Position numbers and translations under genes: made by a program. Below, piece after piece: positions 1 through 16,354 of a DNA stretch of 64,000 nucleotides. Origin of the DNA: the human T2T-CHM13v2.0 reference genome, Homo sapiens; assembly GCF_009914755.1 (NCBI RefSeq), contig NC_060928.1; one strand, written 5' to 3'. Below the pieces are notes generated by a model. That model was not told the DNA's origin. It ran no database searches and worked only from the letters and a program-made list of their open reading frames with translations. Positions within the stretch are counted from its first letter, which is position 1; the number at the start of each line of letters is the position of its first letter.

Positions 1-1159
1 TCCCATACATAATTGAGTAACAATGCATGATTAGCTATTATCAAGATCACGTAATCAAATAGTCTGGGCTTCTGCTTGATTTTGGAAGATTTGAATTATG
101 CTTGAGAAATGAACTTATTTTTTAGTATTCACTTCATTTTGCGATCTGTCAATAGAATCAAAATGCTCACTTAAATACATCCAGAAATGCACATTCCTAT
201 GGTTGTTCATTTGTACACTTTCACATAATAGTGTGAAAGCTTTCTTTTCCCCTTTTCTCATGAAAGCTATTGGAAGAAATGGATTAGAAAATTGAAATAT
301 AGAAGAGACAGAATCAAGGTGCATGAAAAACAGCGTGTTTGCTGAAGGAGTCAGCCTTCAGTGGTTGGATGAGGAAACACATATTGCTACTGTGGACAGC
401 ATAGTGGTCTGGGAGAATCCTGGGGGAAAGACTGCATCAGAGTGATGGGGAATTTCTAATTTTTGCTTTTGCCTACTCTGCATATATCTGCCTGAGGGAT
501 AGAAATTACCCAGTTTTTCTTTTTTTTAACTTTTTCTGCTGCAGGCAGTGCTTTTTGGTGGCTGCAGTTCTGATTCACAGAGACCAAGAAAAGGAGAAAG
601 CTGCTGGCTTGAAGACTCCCAGGAGCCACCACTGAGAATTTTTGATACATTAAACATAGAACCAGCCCTTCTCCTCTGTGGAGTGCTCAGCAGTCTGGGT
701 GCAATTTTATTTGTGCCCAAATACCTCTTTCTCTATGACACATTCTTAAATTTCCAAACCTTTTACACTTTTAGATTTAGTTTTTAGTGAATTCTTTTGG
801 GTTTTTAAGCATCTTTTGCTCTTTGGTTAGGATGTTGTTGGATTGATTTGTGATATCCATAGATTGTATGCCCTTTGTACCAGCTGTCTGTTGGGCAAGA
901 AGAGTTGTCCCTAAGAAAGAGAAGACACTGTAACTTTTGATATGTCTTAGCACAGACAGGGATGGCCAAGGACAAGAAGGCTTGGTGTTTCTTCTTTTCT
1001 TCTTCATTTTCTTCGTCAGTGACTCATATCAGAGTAGAGGTATCTCTGACTATGAGAAAAGAGTAAGACTAGCTGTCTTTACTCTGGTCCTACAATTCAG
1101 GGTTGATTCCTGAAAACGATTCTTCTGTTTTCAGATGCTGAATTATCATAAAGTAAAAG

Positions 1160-1300
1160 GCACTTTAGTGTCAGAAGACCTGTGTTCAATCCTCACTCTG
1201 TCATTTATGAGACCATGGTATGTTACTTAATATCCCAGAGGACCTCAGGTTCCTCAGCTGTAACATGGGGGTAATAATGACGACTTCATGGATTCAATAA
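1160..1300 (+). mobile_element. MIR SINE fragment
   Basis: 'gtcagaagacctgtgttcaatcctcactctgtcattta...ctcaggttcctcagctgtaacatgggggtaataat' resembles the MIR B-box and core. Confidence 0.65.
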
Positions 1301-1486
1301 GGTACCACTCAGCAGCTATCAATTCAGAATTAGTTGTTGTTTTTTGCTTTTTTTTTTTGATAACATAATCTAGGCTAAAATTTGAATTTAACACACAGAT
1401 AACTAAGTGAATAAAGAGAAAAGAGGGTAAGTCCATTTTTATTTTATATATAAAATGAAACTTCGAGTTTAAGAAATTTTAACACT

Positions 1487-1803
1487 GGCTGGGTTCAGTG
1501 GCTCACGCTTGTAATCCTAGCACTTTGGGAGGCCAAGGTGGGCAGATCACCTGAGGTCAGGAGTTCTAGACCAGCCTAGCCAACATGGTGAAACCCCGTC
1601 TCTACTAAAGATACAAAAATTAGCTGGGCGTATTGGCAGGTGCCTGTAGTCCCAGCCACTCAGAAGGCTGAGACAGGGGAATGGCTTGAATCCGAGAGAC
1701 AGGTTGCAGTGAGCCAAGATCGCGCCGCTGCAGTCTGGCCTGGGTGACAGAGCAAGACTCCATCTCAAAAAAAAAAAAAAAAAGAAAAAAAAGAAAAAAA
1801 AGA
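1487..1803 (+). mobile_element. Alu SINE (AluS-type), full length
   Basis: GGCTGGG start, two arms, A-rich linker, poly(A) tail, degenerate TSD aagaaatttt..act on both sides. Confidence 0.97.
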
Positions 1804-2574
1804 AATTTTTACTTTAATGAAAACATTTATCTGCCCCAATCTCTTCTGTGTTAAAAGTTCTCTTTCAGAAAGTCCCTTCAAGTGTACTTCTGTCCCCCTC
1901 CACGTACTTGCAGTTTCCTGGGAGAAGTAATACTTTAACCCCCTGAGTATAAATTGGTTTCGGATAAACTTAAAACAAGTCCTACTGCCCATGGCACCAC
2001 TTTCATACCAGAAGGTGAAAGCATATTACTATAGTTATGCTAAATTTTCCTCAAAAAAAGATCTCTTGCTTTTATTACAGCAAACATTCCATTCCATCTG
2101 GGGAATGCAGCCGAAGTCCAGCAGCTGTAGGTTCCATACTCTGAGTTACTTGTATGGGCTGAAGATACGATAGTTGTTAGGATCTGAGAAGCAGTGATAA
2201 ATGTCCCTATTTTCCTTTTCTTTACAAGACTGCAATACTATAAATCATCAAAATGCAATCCAATTAAATTTATGGGTGTGAAATGAGAAGGCCTGATCTC
2301 TTGCATTATAGAAGGACTGAAGTTTCTTTCTTCTAGATTACATTACGGGCTCAGATAGGAAACATTGTGACATAAATTCTAAAAAAACACAGAACAGAAG
2401 AGTTGCATAAAAGGTGAAAATCCGTTGTTGAGATTATACTTGAAAATCCTTAGGAAGAGAATTCATTGGAGGCTGACATTTGTCTAAGAAAATCCACTGC
2501 TTCCAGTTCATCCTCCGTGGTTGGAGCCCATGGCTCTTTCTTTGGTGGAGCACCAGGGGAAGGGGTTGGCTTGC

Positions 2575-2652
2575 ATTTGGGGCCATTTGTATAAAAGCAG
2601 CTCTCTGTAATCCTAGATTTGGGGCCATTTGTATGAAAGCAGCTCCCCATAA
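2575..2652. repeat. 42-bp-period tandem duplication (about 1.9 copies)
   Basis: atttggggccatttgtat(a/g)aaagcagctc at 2575 and again at 2617. Confidence 0.9.
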
Positions 2653-3429
2653 CTCTCTGTGGTGGGGTGAGATGGTCATGGGAATCTGCCGAGAAGGGAG
2701 CAGAGACATGACCCAATGTCACTCTCATTTCCAGGCATAGGATCATGGAGGGGTGTTTCAGTTGGAATCAACTACTGCATTTTTTGTGTAATTATTTCTC
2801 TGTCTCCTAATCTCTCTAACTCTCTTTCTCTCCTTTACCTGAGAGCATATATTTAAAGTGTAAAAGTGAAACGTGTATATGATGGAGCTCCCTGGGATAT
2901 GCACAGAACTTCTGTCTTTATTTTTAAATTCCTCTGTTTTCAGACGCTGAATCTATTAACGTTTCTGATTGACTTCTTCCTTTATCCCCACAGCACAGAG
3001 TCACAGGTTTGTAGAATCACTGATGCACAGTCTTGGTTCTCTGAGAAATTGATCCTTAAGCGTGTCTGCTCTATACCACAAGGGACCACGGAGCTTTCTT
3101 AGGTGTTCTGGGGCTGTCTTTTTTGTTCAGAAATGTTTAATCTTTTCTTCTTTCTTAGTGAATAATTTATTTAATACAGTCAACTACAGTCAGGTGAGAA
3201 AAAGTTTATTTGTGTCTCATCAAAGCAGAGACAAATTCTCTATTCATTCTGGTAAAGATTTTTTTTTTGACAGTGCCAACCAAGAGGAGTTGTGTCTCCT
3301 GGTTCAGAAACTAGACATTTGATGTGAATCTGTGAACTCTAAAGTTTCAAAGTATCACAGAGCAGTAGAAAGAGCACTGAATGTATAGCCCATTGAATGC
3401 AGCTTCTATTCCAGGCTTAACGTAATGAG

Positions 3430-3990
3430 AGCTGGTACTTACTATAAGTCAGATCCTGTTATAAGAGCTTTTCATATATTAGCCCATCTTTAATCTCCTA
3501 CAAATCCTATGAGGTAAGGCTATTATTTTAATCTTTGTTTTAAAGTAGTGGAAGTGGAGGCACAGAGATGTTAAGCAACTTGCCCGGGTCACCCAGCTTC
3601 AAAGTAGCAGAGCTGGGATTTGAACCTTGGCAATCTGGCTCAGTATCTACATACTTAACTGCTGTTAATTGCTATTTTCCCTCCACCCAAACTTATTTAA
3701 TCTTAATAACAATTCTGTAATGCAACTACTATTATCCACAATTGGCACAGGAAGTAACAAAATGAGCTCAAATTCACCAGTCCAGTAAGGGAAATATCTA
3801 GGGCTTGGATCCAAGTTTCTCCAAAAATCGATAATTATCAGAATCCTGCTTCAAAGAGGGATCTGAGTTTAAGCTGTGGTTATATGCCATGCAAGTCCTG
3901 TGACCTTGCATAAGTCCCCTATCCTTCTGAAGCCACAGTCCTTATTCATAAAGCGGAAATGATAATACTGTTCTGCCTACCTCATGGGTT
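3430..3990. mobile_element. Cluster of MIR fragments (about 3430-3665 minus, 3690-3820 minus, 3860-3990 plus)
   Basis: 'gaggcacagagatgttaagcaacttgcccgggtcacccagc...gagctgggatttgaacc' is a reverse MIR core; 'tgtgaccttgcataagtc' is a forward core. Confidence 0.75.
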
Positions 3991-5069
3991 TGAAGGTAGC
4001 AGTAGCCAAAATAATATAGGGAAAATCTTGTTTCTCTCCAGTGTTTTTGGCAGTGAATAAGGGAGACTCTTTGGATCATTTCCTCTTTCATTTTCTAAGA
4101 GACAATATAGTGCTGCAATCTTGGAAGAGTTACTGTCCTTTCCTAAGCATGGAAGTTACTTCCCAGGAGGCACTTGGGCACTGAAGTATTTGGATCTGCC
4201 TCATCAATCTATGTGGTTGATGTTTCTAATTTTTCTTAGACTTTTCTTGGAAGCCCAAGCTTAGGTAGAACCTTGAGGGGAAAAGAAAGGTACTTAAAAT
4301 AACACCAAATATTTTTGCAAAAACAACAAAATATTTTGAGGAAGAGGAGTGTCTTCTAAAACAAGCTACTATGCCAGTTCCTTTTGATAAAACTTTATGT
4401 CAATGACACACTTATAACCTTATAACCTGGGCTGTTACAATACAGGAGCCTGACGATGAATCACATAAGGGCTAATGTTATCTTAAAAACTCATTAAACA
4501 TTGACTAAATGGTCAAGTATTATGGAAAATCCATTAATAGAATTCTGGGAGTCTTGGAGTGAAGGCAAGTGATGAGAAGAGTTAGACTGTGACTATGAAG
4601 AATGAGATTTATGAGAGATAATCTAGTACCAATGGAAGGGAAGCTATAGTGGAAGCCATAGTGGAAGCCTGGGAGGTTTAGTAGATGGGGAGATAGGTTG
4701 ACTCTAGGTACTAGAAAAAGGGCAATTAAATTGGAACTCGGCTTCATTTGCTCTCAGTAGCATCTGAGCCCATGCTTCTATTAAATTCCTGTTTCAGTTA
4801 TTTATTGCTCTGTAATGATTCTGTGGGTTTGCTGGGTGATTTTTTTTTCTTTTCTGGTTTTGTCTGTGCACAATCACATGGGTACATTGAGCCAGAAAGT
4901 TGGCTGGAGGCTGCATTCAGGTGGGTCTGCTGGGATGGCTGGGATTCTTCCTCCAGTGGTCATTCATTCTCAAGGAAGATGGACTGAGCCATGGTTGGGG
5001 TGGGGGGAAGCATTTCAAGAGGACAAACTCCAAATGCATATGCTTTTTTCAAATCTCTATTTGTGTTTT

Positions 5070-7741
<2,672 letters not shown>

Positions 7742-7878
7742 GTAATGTTTGTTGATGTATCACTAGCCAAAGAAATTCATGAAGCCAAGCTCTAACTCAA
7801 TGCAGTAGGAGAATCAACAAGAGCATGTGTCCTGGGATGTGTGATCTATTGGGGGTGATTAATCAAACATTCAGTGAT

Positions 7879-9038
7879 AGTCTGCTCTCTGCTTTCTTCC
7901 ATATGTAAATATGACTACACCTTCTAAGGTTCCCAAAGTTTCACTTACTCATGACACCATAGTGAATTTTATGAATTCATGATCTGAATCTGATCTAGAT
8001 GTGGATGAGGACTTCGAGTGAGCTTCTCTTGATCTTGAGATCTGTGAACTAAAAAGATAAGACACTTGATCCCTGATGCCTAATACACAATGGTGATACA
8101 GAAGAGAGTCAAAATAACCACATTAGATATTTTCATTCTAAAAGGAGAAGGGTAGGAGGAGGCAGATAGTTGTCACTGATCCATAGCACTTCTGAAATTT
8201 AGCCAGGTGCATAGTGTCAGGGCTTCTTGTTCTAGGAAAAGAAATGTTCCTTGACTAGGACCCAGTTCTGCTTCTTGAGAATGGTTTTCTAATCCATGGT
8301 TCTCTTTGGCTCTTAGCTCTACCATCTAGTCTTCCCTTTTCTAAAAGAAATAGCCTGTGTTCGCATCTAAGTAGCTTTCTCAATCTGCTTCCTGCTTATA
8401 GAAAGTTGGAGATCCAGAGCTTCTTTTCATTTTGAACCTTCTCTGCTCCTTGTAGTTCAAGCTAGTACAAAATTTTACACATGCCACTCAGTGGGAATTC
8501 TATAAATTTGATTTCATGCCTCCAAAGTCATTCCATAGCCCTTTTTAAGGCAGACCTCTCTCTGTTGTGTCAGGGTGCTGTGGGACATTGTCTTTAAGAT
8601 TTTAGAAAACTTTAGTTTAATTGAGAGGGGCTAACTAGGTACTCTGTTAAATCTTTCTGAGGTTTTAACTAACGGTCTTATAGATAAACCTTTGATTTGA
8701 TCTCAACTCGAGGCTATTTCTTAGTTTTGACTCTTTTACTGACTAAAGACAGTAAAAAATGTGAAATAGTTTTATTTTCCAACCTAGTACATCTTTGATC
8801 TTCTATAGTTCCTTGAAATTCTGCTTGCATACTTAATACTTCTCTCTGTATCTAATCTCTCTATTCCTTATACACGAGAGCCAGTTGGCACTTTCAATCT
8901 TCTGCCTGGAAATCTCTTTAGTCAGGTGCACAAATCCATTTTCTATCTGCCAAATTAATATAGGCAATACTTTTGCCAATTGATTTTACTACACACCAAA
9001 AGCTACTGTCTTTCTAGTCTCCCATAGCAGGTTCTTCA
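7879..9038 (-). mobile_element. MLT1 internal region (degenerate)
   Basis: Begins 'gtctgctctctg' directly after the MLT1 LTR end; MaLR-internal motifs such as 'gagatctgtgaactaaaaga' and 'tccatagcacttctgaaat'. Confidence 0.6.
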
Positions 9039-9552
9039 CTGTGGCAAACAGAACAATAAACCCTTAAAGATGACCATGTCATAATCTTTAAAAACCGTGA
9101 ATATGTTACCTTATATGAAAATGACAATAGGGAATTTAACATATGAATAAATTAAGAATCTTGAAGTGGGGAGGTTATTCCGTATTATTTTATGTGGCCA
9201 ATGTAATTATAAAGGTACTTTTAAGGGAAAGAGAAGAGGGAAGTAGAAGAGACAGAGAGAGGAAAGGAGATACAATGATGGAAGGAGAAAAAGAGAGAGA
9301 GAAATTTGAAAATGATACACTGGTGAATTTGAAAACAGAAGAAGCGACAACAACTCAAAGAATGTAGGCCACCTCTAGAAGATGAAAAATGCAGGGAAAT
9401 GTTTTCTTCTTTAGAGCCTCCAGAAGGAATGTAGCTCTGCCAAACCTTGATTTTAGCTAAGACCCATTTTGGACTTCTGACCTCTAGAACTGTAAAATGA
9501 AAATCTGTGTTGTTTGAAGTCACAAAGTATGTGGTAATTTGTTACAATAGGT
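9039..9552 (+). mobile_element. MLT1 (C/D-like) solo LTR
   Basis: 'tgtggcaaacagaacaat...gtgaatatgttaccttat' start; 'ggacttctgacctctagaactgtaa...gtggtaatttgttaca' end. Confidence 0.85.
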
Positions 9553-9718
9553 GATTGGTTCTATCCCATTTAATGAGTTCCAGTAGACAAAAATCTGGCC
9601 TTAGATATTCAAAGAGCTTATGGATGTAGGGAAACAAAAGTGGCATTGTCTTTTTTTTTTAAGCCAAAGCAGCTTGTTGGTGTTTCAGAGTTTTTATTAA
9701 AAAGAACGGTTGGCATAG

Positions 9719-10083
9719 TGTATTAGTCTGTTTTCACACTGCTAATAAAGACATACCCAAGACTGGGTAATTTATAAATGAAAGAGGTTTAATTGACTCA
9801 CAGTTACACATGGGTGGGGAGGCCTCAAAATCATAGCAGAAGGCGAATAAGGAGCAAAGTCACACCTTTCATGGTGGCAGGCAAGAGAGCATGTGCAGGG
9901 GAATAGTCCTTTTATAAAACCATCAGATCTCATGAGGCTTTTTCACTATCACAGGATCAATATGGGAAAAACCCACCCCTATGATCCAACTACCTCCCAC
10001 TGGGTCTTTCCCATGTCACATGGGAATTATGGGAGCTATAATTCAAGGTAAGATTTGGGTGGGGACACAGCCAAAGCAGATCA
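9719..10083 (-). mobile_element. THE1 (B/C-like) solo LTR
   Basis: tgtattagtc...ggggacacagccaaagcagatca; 5-bp TSD catag/catgg. Confidence 0.92.
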
Positions 10084-10958
10084 CATGGAGTAGTTTAATG
10101 TTTGACTAAAGCTCCTGTGAGCTATTGGTCTTTAGTGGGATACATAAAGTATTTTATAAATATCTGATCTCTATTCAAATTATTCTTTACCACTAAACAA
10201 AAGATTTATAAAATATATCATTTAGTAATGCAGCCTGGCAGAGAAAGTGTTAAAATCCATGTAAGCTAGTAGAGCTAAAATTTGTTATTATCTTAGCCAT
10301 GAAATTTGAATAAATCAATGAACAAATGAGGTTGGTGTGTAGACTTATAACCTGCAAATCTTTTGTCTGTTCGTTCCATGCATGAATGATTATTACCAAT
10401 GGCTATTTAATGCATTCATGTGGAAAGATACTAATTTACAGCAGGGAAGTAGCAGCTCTCACTTAGGATCTGACTCTGGGGTTTGTGGAACATGAGCCAA
10501 TCAACATACCTGAATGCTAAGTGTTCACTGGGGGCTGGACATCAGGGACATACTTGCAGGTATATATTATTCACTAACCAGAACACCCAGGAAAGGGTCA
10601 TGACTATTCTGAAAACCTTAATGGTTTGACAAATGGACATTTGAGCAATTTATAATAAGCTGCTCAAGAGTTCCTAATTTAATTTCTTATTTTAACTGCT
10701 GTGAGAGTCCAGGGTGTCAATGTTTCTTGAGAATATTACAGTGAAAATGAGAACTAGGAGAAGAATTTCATTCTTTTCTTAGGATAGAAGACAATGCCTA
10801 TCATTCACTAGTCTAAGATTAGTCTTTTATTAATTAGTAAAGAAATACTTTTTGAGTGTTCCTATGAGTGTGTGTGTGGTCAGCTCAAGGCTTACCTCTG
10901 TACCAGCAGCACTTGGTCAGAGGAGGTGAATTACTGGATTGTGGGCCAGGTTATAAAG

Positions 10959-11165
10959 CAGTGAGTTACTGGTAAATGATTAACAACTGAGTCTCAGAGA
11001 AAAAGAAAATGCCTTGATTAGTAGAGTTTGCCAATTTCATGGTGTAAATACTCCCATCATGACCAATTTAAATTAACTGGATGTCACTGAACATGGGTTT
11101 GGGAGGGGATGTTCCCAGTTGTCTCTCCTCAGCTGGTAGAAAGTGATGTCAACACTACATCACTG
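10959..11165. mobile_element. MER63-like hAT DNA-transposon fossil
   Basis: cagtg...cactg termini; 'tttgccaatttcatggtgtaaatactcccatcatg' core. Confidence 0.7.
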
Positions 11166-11190
11166 CAAAGAGATTTCAGGGTATAGTTAC

Positions 11191-12161
11191 TGTAAGAAAC
11201 ACATCATGCTGTAAGATGAAGAATAACTGTAAGACTCACCCAAACATCTTGCAGGGCCTACACTGTCACTTAGAAATAATGATATAAACTGGCCTGGGGA
11301 TTTCTAATGCTGGCTGGGGATCACTGGGTCTCTTTGACCATGGGACCTAAAATCCTAAGTCCCATTTCTAGAGACAAGCCTATCTCAGTACAGATGTAAC
11401 TTTCATGAGCCTTAAAACAAAGCTCACCTGATATGGTTTGTCTCTGTGCCTCACCCAAATCTCATCTCAAATTGTAATCCTCACTTGTTGAGGGAGGGAC
11501 CTGGTGGGAGGTGATTGGATCATAGAGACAGTTTTCTCCATTTTGTTCTCATGATAGTGAGGGAGTTCTCAGGAGATCTGATGGTTTAAAAGTGGCAGTT
11601 TCCCCTGTGTGCTTTCTCTCTCCTGCCACCATGTAAGATGTGCTATGCTTCTCCTTTGCCTTTTGCCAGATTGTAAGTTTCCTGAGGACTCCCCAGCCAT
11701 GCAGAACTGTGAATTAATTAAACCTCTTTCCTTTATGCATGACCCAGCAGGCAGTTCTTTATAGTAGTGTGTAAACAGACTAATACATCATCCTTACAAG
11801 AATAGCTTAAGCTCCCTTTATGAACAAAACAAAACAAAACAAAAAACACCTTGTAACTGATCCAGACCAAATACAGGTATAAAAAAGGGAGAAGATTCCA
11901 GAAAACTCTGAGAATGGTCTCCAGATGGAAACCCTTCTGGTTAGGCAGTTATCTGGTCCCTGACTGTATCTGGCCTGTGCCACCAGCTTGCTCCTGCTCT
12001 CTATCTTGCAAGAACACTGCCAGAATACACTGTCTGAACTCACAGTGCCTACCTAAGTAGGACTCATCTTTGACATGTGCAAATTGGACCAAAGTGGAGA
12101 AGTGGCCTCTGGAGAAGCTGGTCAACTAGGACCACGCAAGACCCCCAAACGTGAAATGGGA
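11191..12161 (+). mobile_element. Probable ERVL-class LTR (MER54/73/74-like) interrupted by an MST LTR
   Basis: TG..CA ends (tgtaagaaac ... gggaca), internal TATAAAA at 11878, 'ctggtcaactaggaccac' near the 3' end; family assignment tentative. Confidence 0.45.
11429..11787 (+). mobile_element. MSTA-like solo LTR
   Basis: tgatatggtttg...cagactaataca; TSD tcacc/tcatc. Confidence 0.92.
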
Positions 12162-13189
12162 CAGAAGCCACACAGTCATCTACTTTTGGAACTCTTCTAT
12201 ATACCTGCATTTAGACTTAACAACATTGTAGATACAGTGAAGGTGAGTAGTTTAAGGATTTCTCTTTCTGTTTGCTTTTCATTTTTTTTTTCTGCGGAAG
12301 AGAAATAATTTAAAATTTCACTTTTTGCATGAAGGACAATGCCATTCATATCCTCCTGGTTGTATTTTATCTTAAAGACCATAGAGCCTAAATCTTGAAC
12401 CACCTCGAGGGTGGGAGATACTTCATGAAGCAGCTGTGTTAAATGACAAACCCATCTAGGTAATTGAAACACTTGCTGGATTTTTAAAAAATTGTACTGT
12501 GATTCCAATTTTAATTTTTCAGAGACATGTTATACGAGAGATTAAAGGACTCTATTTCAGTGATTCATTTAAATCAATTATGAATAAGTTGACATCCCTG
12601 GGAAGCCTTTGAATATTTTATTATATGTATGGATGGCACTTCTAATTGGAGATAGTTACACTCACCTACTCCAACTCACTCCTTCTTCAGTACAGATTCC
12701 CAAGCCAATCAATCTTAAAGTTTCAATGTTTAAAAAATTATTCCAAAACCATTTAAAACAGAGTGGGAGTAAGAGAACCATATCCTATAATCTCATTGTT
12801 CTGAATTTCTTAAGGTAGATGCAGGAAGAGTCAGTTCTGACCTAGATTCATTATAGGTTGGGGTGGAATACAACTCTGGTGGCCTCTAAGGTGGTGCTTA
12901 CCAGGGTTGCATCAGCTGGTCTGTCTGGGAAGCATGTGACCTGTGTGTTTCCCATGAAGCAATTGTTCAACAAAAATTTGAGGGTGATGGCAGTGTCAGA
13001 GACTCTGAGAATGCCTAGAATGACCCAGCTCCTGGAAAAATTTGGACTGAGTGTGTGGTGCTGTGCTTTCTTTACCCCAGGAAACATCCCATCCCTACAT
13101 GACCTATCATAAACCAGACATTGAAACCAGGGTCTGGGATGAAAAGGGTGATTAAGCCACATGTCCTACCAGGATATTTAGAACAATGC

Positions 13190-13560
13190 ATATTATCGTA
13201 TGTTCAAGAATTCTCTTCTCAGTTGCTTACAATAGCTAAAAATTTGGAAACAACACACATGTCCCCAAATTGGAAACTAAATTTTAAATTATGGCTTAGT
13301 AATACAACAGGATTCTATGTAATTATTAAAAATATTAGTACATACATTCTATAAAACTTGAATGAATAATGTATAATTATGTTAAAAACATTTATGTTTT
13401 ATTTATGTAAAACATGCATATTAACATCAACACATATATAGAAAAATGACTGTAAGAATTTGTAAGAATTTGTGACTTATTTCTGTTTTGTTTCTCTATA
13501 TTTCTTCATTGAACAGACACCACATAATAATGAAATAAGGGCAAAAAGTTAAACATGAAA
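13190..13560 (+). mobile_element. Ancient L1M 3' fragment
   Basis: 'ttgcttacaatagctaaaaatttggaaacaac...atgtcc' L1 ORF2-end/3'UTR motif. Confidence 0.6.
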
Positions 13561-14929
13561 AAAGACAATTGTTACAAATACTTACTTTAAGAGAGCTGTT
13601 TATGAGGCTTTGGCTATGACCCTGTCTTCCTAGACTCATTCCATTTCCCCCATTTCCCACATATACCTCCCCTCCCCCATCCTCCTTTATGGAAGCTCAG
13701 TGTGGCAGATTCAACTGTTTTGCTTCTAACCCCCAAGGATTCTCTCAGGACCATATTGTGAAGGTGGAGACCTGGCTACTTGATTTTTCACATAGTTCAG
13801 GGAAGCTGGAGCTATTTCAAAAATCCCAGCAGGGAACAGGGTCCCTGTTGGAATCTAGTGGCTGCCATGCCCATGACAGACCCTCTTGGCTGGCGTCATC
13901 ATTGATTCAGACACTCAGGCCTTCCTGTCTCAGTTTTCCTTGGCTTCTTTTAGAACTACCCCTTCTACTGATGTGCTCCTGCCACAAAGACTGCAGATCC
14001 TGGACAGATCCTAAAGTAGCTCATCAGGATGCAGCTGCCCTCTCGGCTCAATCCTACTTAATGTCTATGTCAGCATATCCCTCGTCTCCTCTAAGTCTCA
14101 GGCCACGATCCGTGTTTTTAGCTTTTCTAAATGGAAGCATGTCTCAAGAGGAGGATTAGCTAATTGGCTAAAGAACAAAGAATCAATTTAGTTTAAAATA
14201 GTTTCTTTAAAGGTGGTGTTTTGCATCCACAGTGATTTTCCAAGGCACTGTGTGCTTTGTCCGAAATCCTGGGGGAGTCTAGCGTGAGGTCTGCCTGTCA
14301 CCATCAGGCAGGCAGGATGGCAGTGGACCCCTGCTTTCTGTCAGAGTGAGAAACCGACCCAGAAAGGGATGTAACTTGTAAACCATCTGCAAAGCAATGA
14401 AAACTGCTTAGGGTGCCTCTTGAGTGTCATATCTTCAATAAAAAGAATAAAGGAAATTATCAAAAGCTATAGAGAGAAGATAGCTAAAGAATATATAGCC
14501 CTACCTCTACACCAACTAATTGATTACAAACAATGATCTAACAATATCTTCTGGTGCTGAAATTTATCCCTAGCACCACATGTAATCATAGTTGATGTTT
14601 TAAAGTAAAATAAAAATCTCTCATTGTGTAGTTAATCAAGTCATTTGGACATGTATCTCATTTGAAGTAGAGAACCGTATTTAGGCAACACCATCTAATA
14701 ATTGAAATCAGGCATAATGCCAAATGTTGCAATACACGAAGAAAGTATTATTTAATACTGCTTTTTTTGTCACTACAAAAATCTGTCTTCCCACTGCCCC
14801 TGAGTTTAAATAATACATGCAATTCTAACATGTTTTTGAAAATAAAAATTTTAAGTAGGTTTTGCTAAGAGTTTAAAATGTGAAGTAATACATAACATAT
14901 GCTGATACAGATGGAAAAGTGAATACCCT

Positions 14930-15140
14930 ACAATTTTCTGAGTAACTACTGAGTGCCAGACACTAGGTATAGGTTATTTAGAAAATGCAATAGTTGAGAA
15001 ATGTAGACATGATTATTATCCCTACTCATCTGATATTAAAACTGAGGCCAGGGGGTTTCATCTTTTCCAAGACCTTCCAGACTGGAAGTGGTTGAGTCAA
15101 GTTTTTACCTTTCTAGCTTTAAAGATGCCTGGCTTTCTAT
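14930..15140 (-). mobile_element. MIR fragment
   Basis: 'tactgagtgccagacact...attattatccc...aaaactgaggcc'. Confidence 0.6.
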
Positions 15141-15158
15141 AAGCCAAATGATCTTCCA

Positions 15159-15222
15159 GATATCTATCTATCTATATGTATATGTATATCTATATCTATT
15201 AATCTATGTATACAGAGAGAGA
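15159..15222. repeat. Low-complexity (TATC/TATG/GA) microsatellite
   Basis: tatctatctatctatatgtatatgtatatctatatc...agagagagag. Confidence 0.75.
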
Positions 15223-16354
15223 GCATGCACATATTAGAATTGTATTTTAGAATACTTAGAGGTGAGAATGAAATTATTTAAAAAGACTTTGTTCAGCAGG
15301 CAAATGTGAAGTGAATGAAGAACATAGGATGGAGAAAGGAAGTGTCGGAGTAATGGAGTATATCCTAAACCCTGCAACATGATGAGACCTCCTGCAACTC
15401 AAGGAGAATGGCAAGGTTAGGTGATGAGCAGGAATGAAAGAGTGAGAATCAAGACAAGGGGGTTAGCCATGAGTCCTCTGGAGGCAGGGTCCCTTTTTAG
15501 ACTGTTTCCTCACTGCTCAGCACAGAGAGTCTTTCTTGTATATCGTTGGTGTTCTATAAATACTTCCCAAATGAAGGCATTGAGTATTTTAGAACATAGA
15601 TATCAAGTTCCTAGACTGAATCTGAAATTACTGAGATATAGAGTCCAGGTCTTCCTATTCCAGGTAGTTCTCATTCTACCTGGTACCTGGCTTTATTTAA
15701 CCTAGAAAAAACCATTCCAACCTAGACATTTTTAGTGCAGGAGTTCTGAACCAGAGGTTCATGAGTGGGCTTGTTTGGGGGAAAAAGGTCTTTTATATAA
15801 GGGGTCTGTTGTAGTGCTTACATATAATCCAGGTTTTAGCATGTATGTACATTTTAATAGGGAAAGAGGATGCATAGCCATTATCAGATTCTGAAGAGGG
15901 AATCTAAATTATAAAAATCATAATGATAATAAGATGAAGTGATGAGAGGACAAAGAAGATTCAAAGTCTGTCCTTTCCATTCTAATTCATTTCCTTCTCT
16001 CCATCCTCCAGAATGCCAAGGTTATTCTTCATTGCATTCCTTCGCTCTTGCCATCGTAAATGCTGACATTTAAGTGCTGTCATCATGCCAATTTCCTTAA
16101 ATATCACTTCACCATTTTTTTGTTCAACTAACTCCTCTTCACCCTTTGGAACCCAGAGCATTTTCCATCAAGTCTTCCATGACTACTTTAGGTCCCGTAA
16201 GTTTAATATCTTCCTGCTCTGAATTCCTGTAGAACTTATGTTTAGCCTACACAACTTACCATTTAATTCTATAGCATCTGTCCCTGTTGTTTCATGAAGT
16301 CAACTTTTTAATGCTAATAGATTAACAGATCTTTGGGTGCAGGTACCACATCAT

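Noticed and set aside
1124-2952. 20-bp near match tctgttttcaga(t/c)gctgaat at ~1124 and ~2933
   Set aside because: Short with no flanking homology; cannot be separated from chance
12845-13170. Possible additional LTR-like segment
   Set aside because: Could not assign termini, TSD or family
13689-14159. 156-aa ORF
   Set aside because: Ser/Leu-rich composition with no domain or splice support; this length is expected by chance in 64 kb
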